Origin: the human T2T-CHM13v2.0 reference genome, Homo sapiens
Strand: one strand, 5' to 3'
DNA: 64,000 bases
NCBI RefSeq assembly: GCF_009914755.1
Contig: NC_060946.1
Numbering within the stretch: position 1 is the first letter of the stretch; each line of letters starts with the position of its first letter. Below the pieces are notes generated by a model. The model searched no databases. It worked only from the letters and a program-made list of their open reading frames with translations, and was not told where the DNA came from. The position numbers and the translations under genes were made by a program. Below, piece by piece: positions 63,201 to 64,000 of this stretch.

Positions 63201-64000
63201 GCTCGCCACCTGTGGTGCCACCGTACGGTGTGACTGTGAGGGCCAGACACTGCACAAGCCTCATCTCACTGAATCTCCACCCACCCCGAGGAGCTGGTGT
63301 CAGCACCCCGTCCACAGGTGGCAAGAGGAGGGGCACAGCGATAATGCGGTGCACACCTCGGGGGTGTCACCTGTTCCAGTTGCGGTCCCAGGCCTCCCGT
63401 CAACCTCGTGAGGTGGGTGCGGTGTATCCCCATTCTACAGACAGAGCCACTGAAGACAGAGAAGTTAGGAGGAGCAGGGCCAGACCCGAACCAGCTCTGC
63501 GGGCCTCAGCACCCACGCTCCTGCCACCCCCACCACCCTGGTTGCCGGCTGAGCCAGCCTCGCTTTTTGGCGCCCACGTGCAGCAGATGAAAGGAGAGAA
63601 CAGATGCAGAGCGGGCGGTAATCAGCGCAGCTATTCTAGGCCTCGGCGCCTGCTCCCCACCTCCAGCGCCGGCCCCCGCCTCTCCGTTCACTCCCTTCTG
63701 CCAATCCCTCCGCAACACCCGAGTGGCACAGGGTTCTGGCCAGGGCAGGTCTGAGGCCAAGAAGCTGCCCCATCCGCCAAGTCCCAGAGGGCCAGGACCA
63801 GCTGGAAAGCCACCCAACCAGATGGTCAGCCTTGAGGCAACGACTGCGCCTTCTCGTTCTTGTCTGTCCCACTGCTCTTGGACCGGGTGCGCACACGGCA
63901 GCAACCTTCCCCTTGGCTGCATGGGTCTGGTCTGAGCAAACCTTACCTGCTCGCCATGAGGCTGCCCAGCCAATCTGTTGATGGATCTTGTTAGTGCTGG

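Overview
Human (primate) genomic DNA that I recognise as the GTPBP1/SUN2 locus (22q13.1, from recall). The + strand carries the last ten coding exons of GTPBP1 (translational GTPase; 2110-16906, 3' UTR to about 19800). The - strand carries the complete SUN2 gene (LINC-complex inner nuclear membrane protein): 17 coding exons at 22481-38843 that sum to 2154 nt (717 aa + stop), with non-coding exon 1 and a CpG-island promoter at about 41600-42650. The two genes are convergent, with poly(A) signals about 1.2 kb apart. A processed PRDX3 pseudogene lies antisense in a GTPBP1 intron. The rest is about 30 Alus, L2/MER5/MLT1 relics, an ERVL-type LTR, a MER41A-type solo LTR and simple repeats; I recognise no coding exons in 42700-64000. 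I see no evidence for a new multi-gene system. The most unusual observations are: a 53-bp unique segment plus Alu head copied in inverted orientation into another Alu 4.4 kb away; a 36-nt tailless U6 retrocopy with a target-site duplication (TSD); an in-frame SUN2 alternative acceptor that splits a putative phosphodegron; and an in-frame cryptic acceptor just before the GTPBP1 P-loop. Splice-site coordinates were counted by hand. Repeat boundaries are approximate and repeat family names come from memory of consensus sequences.
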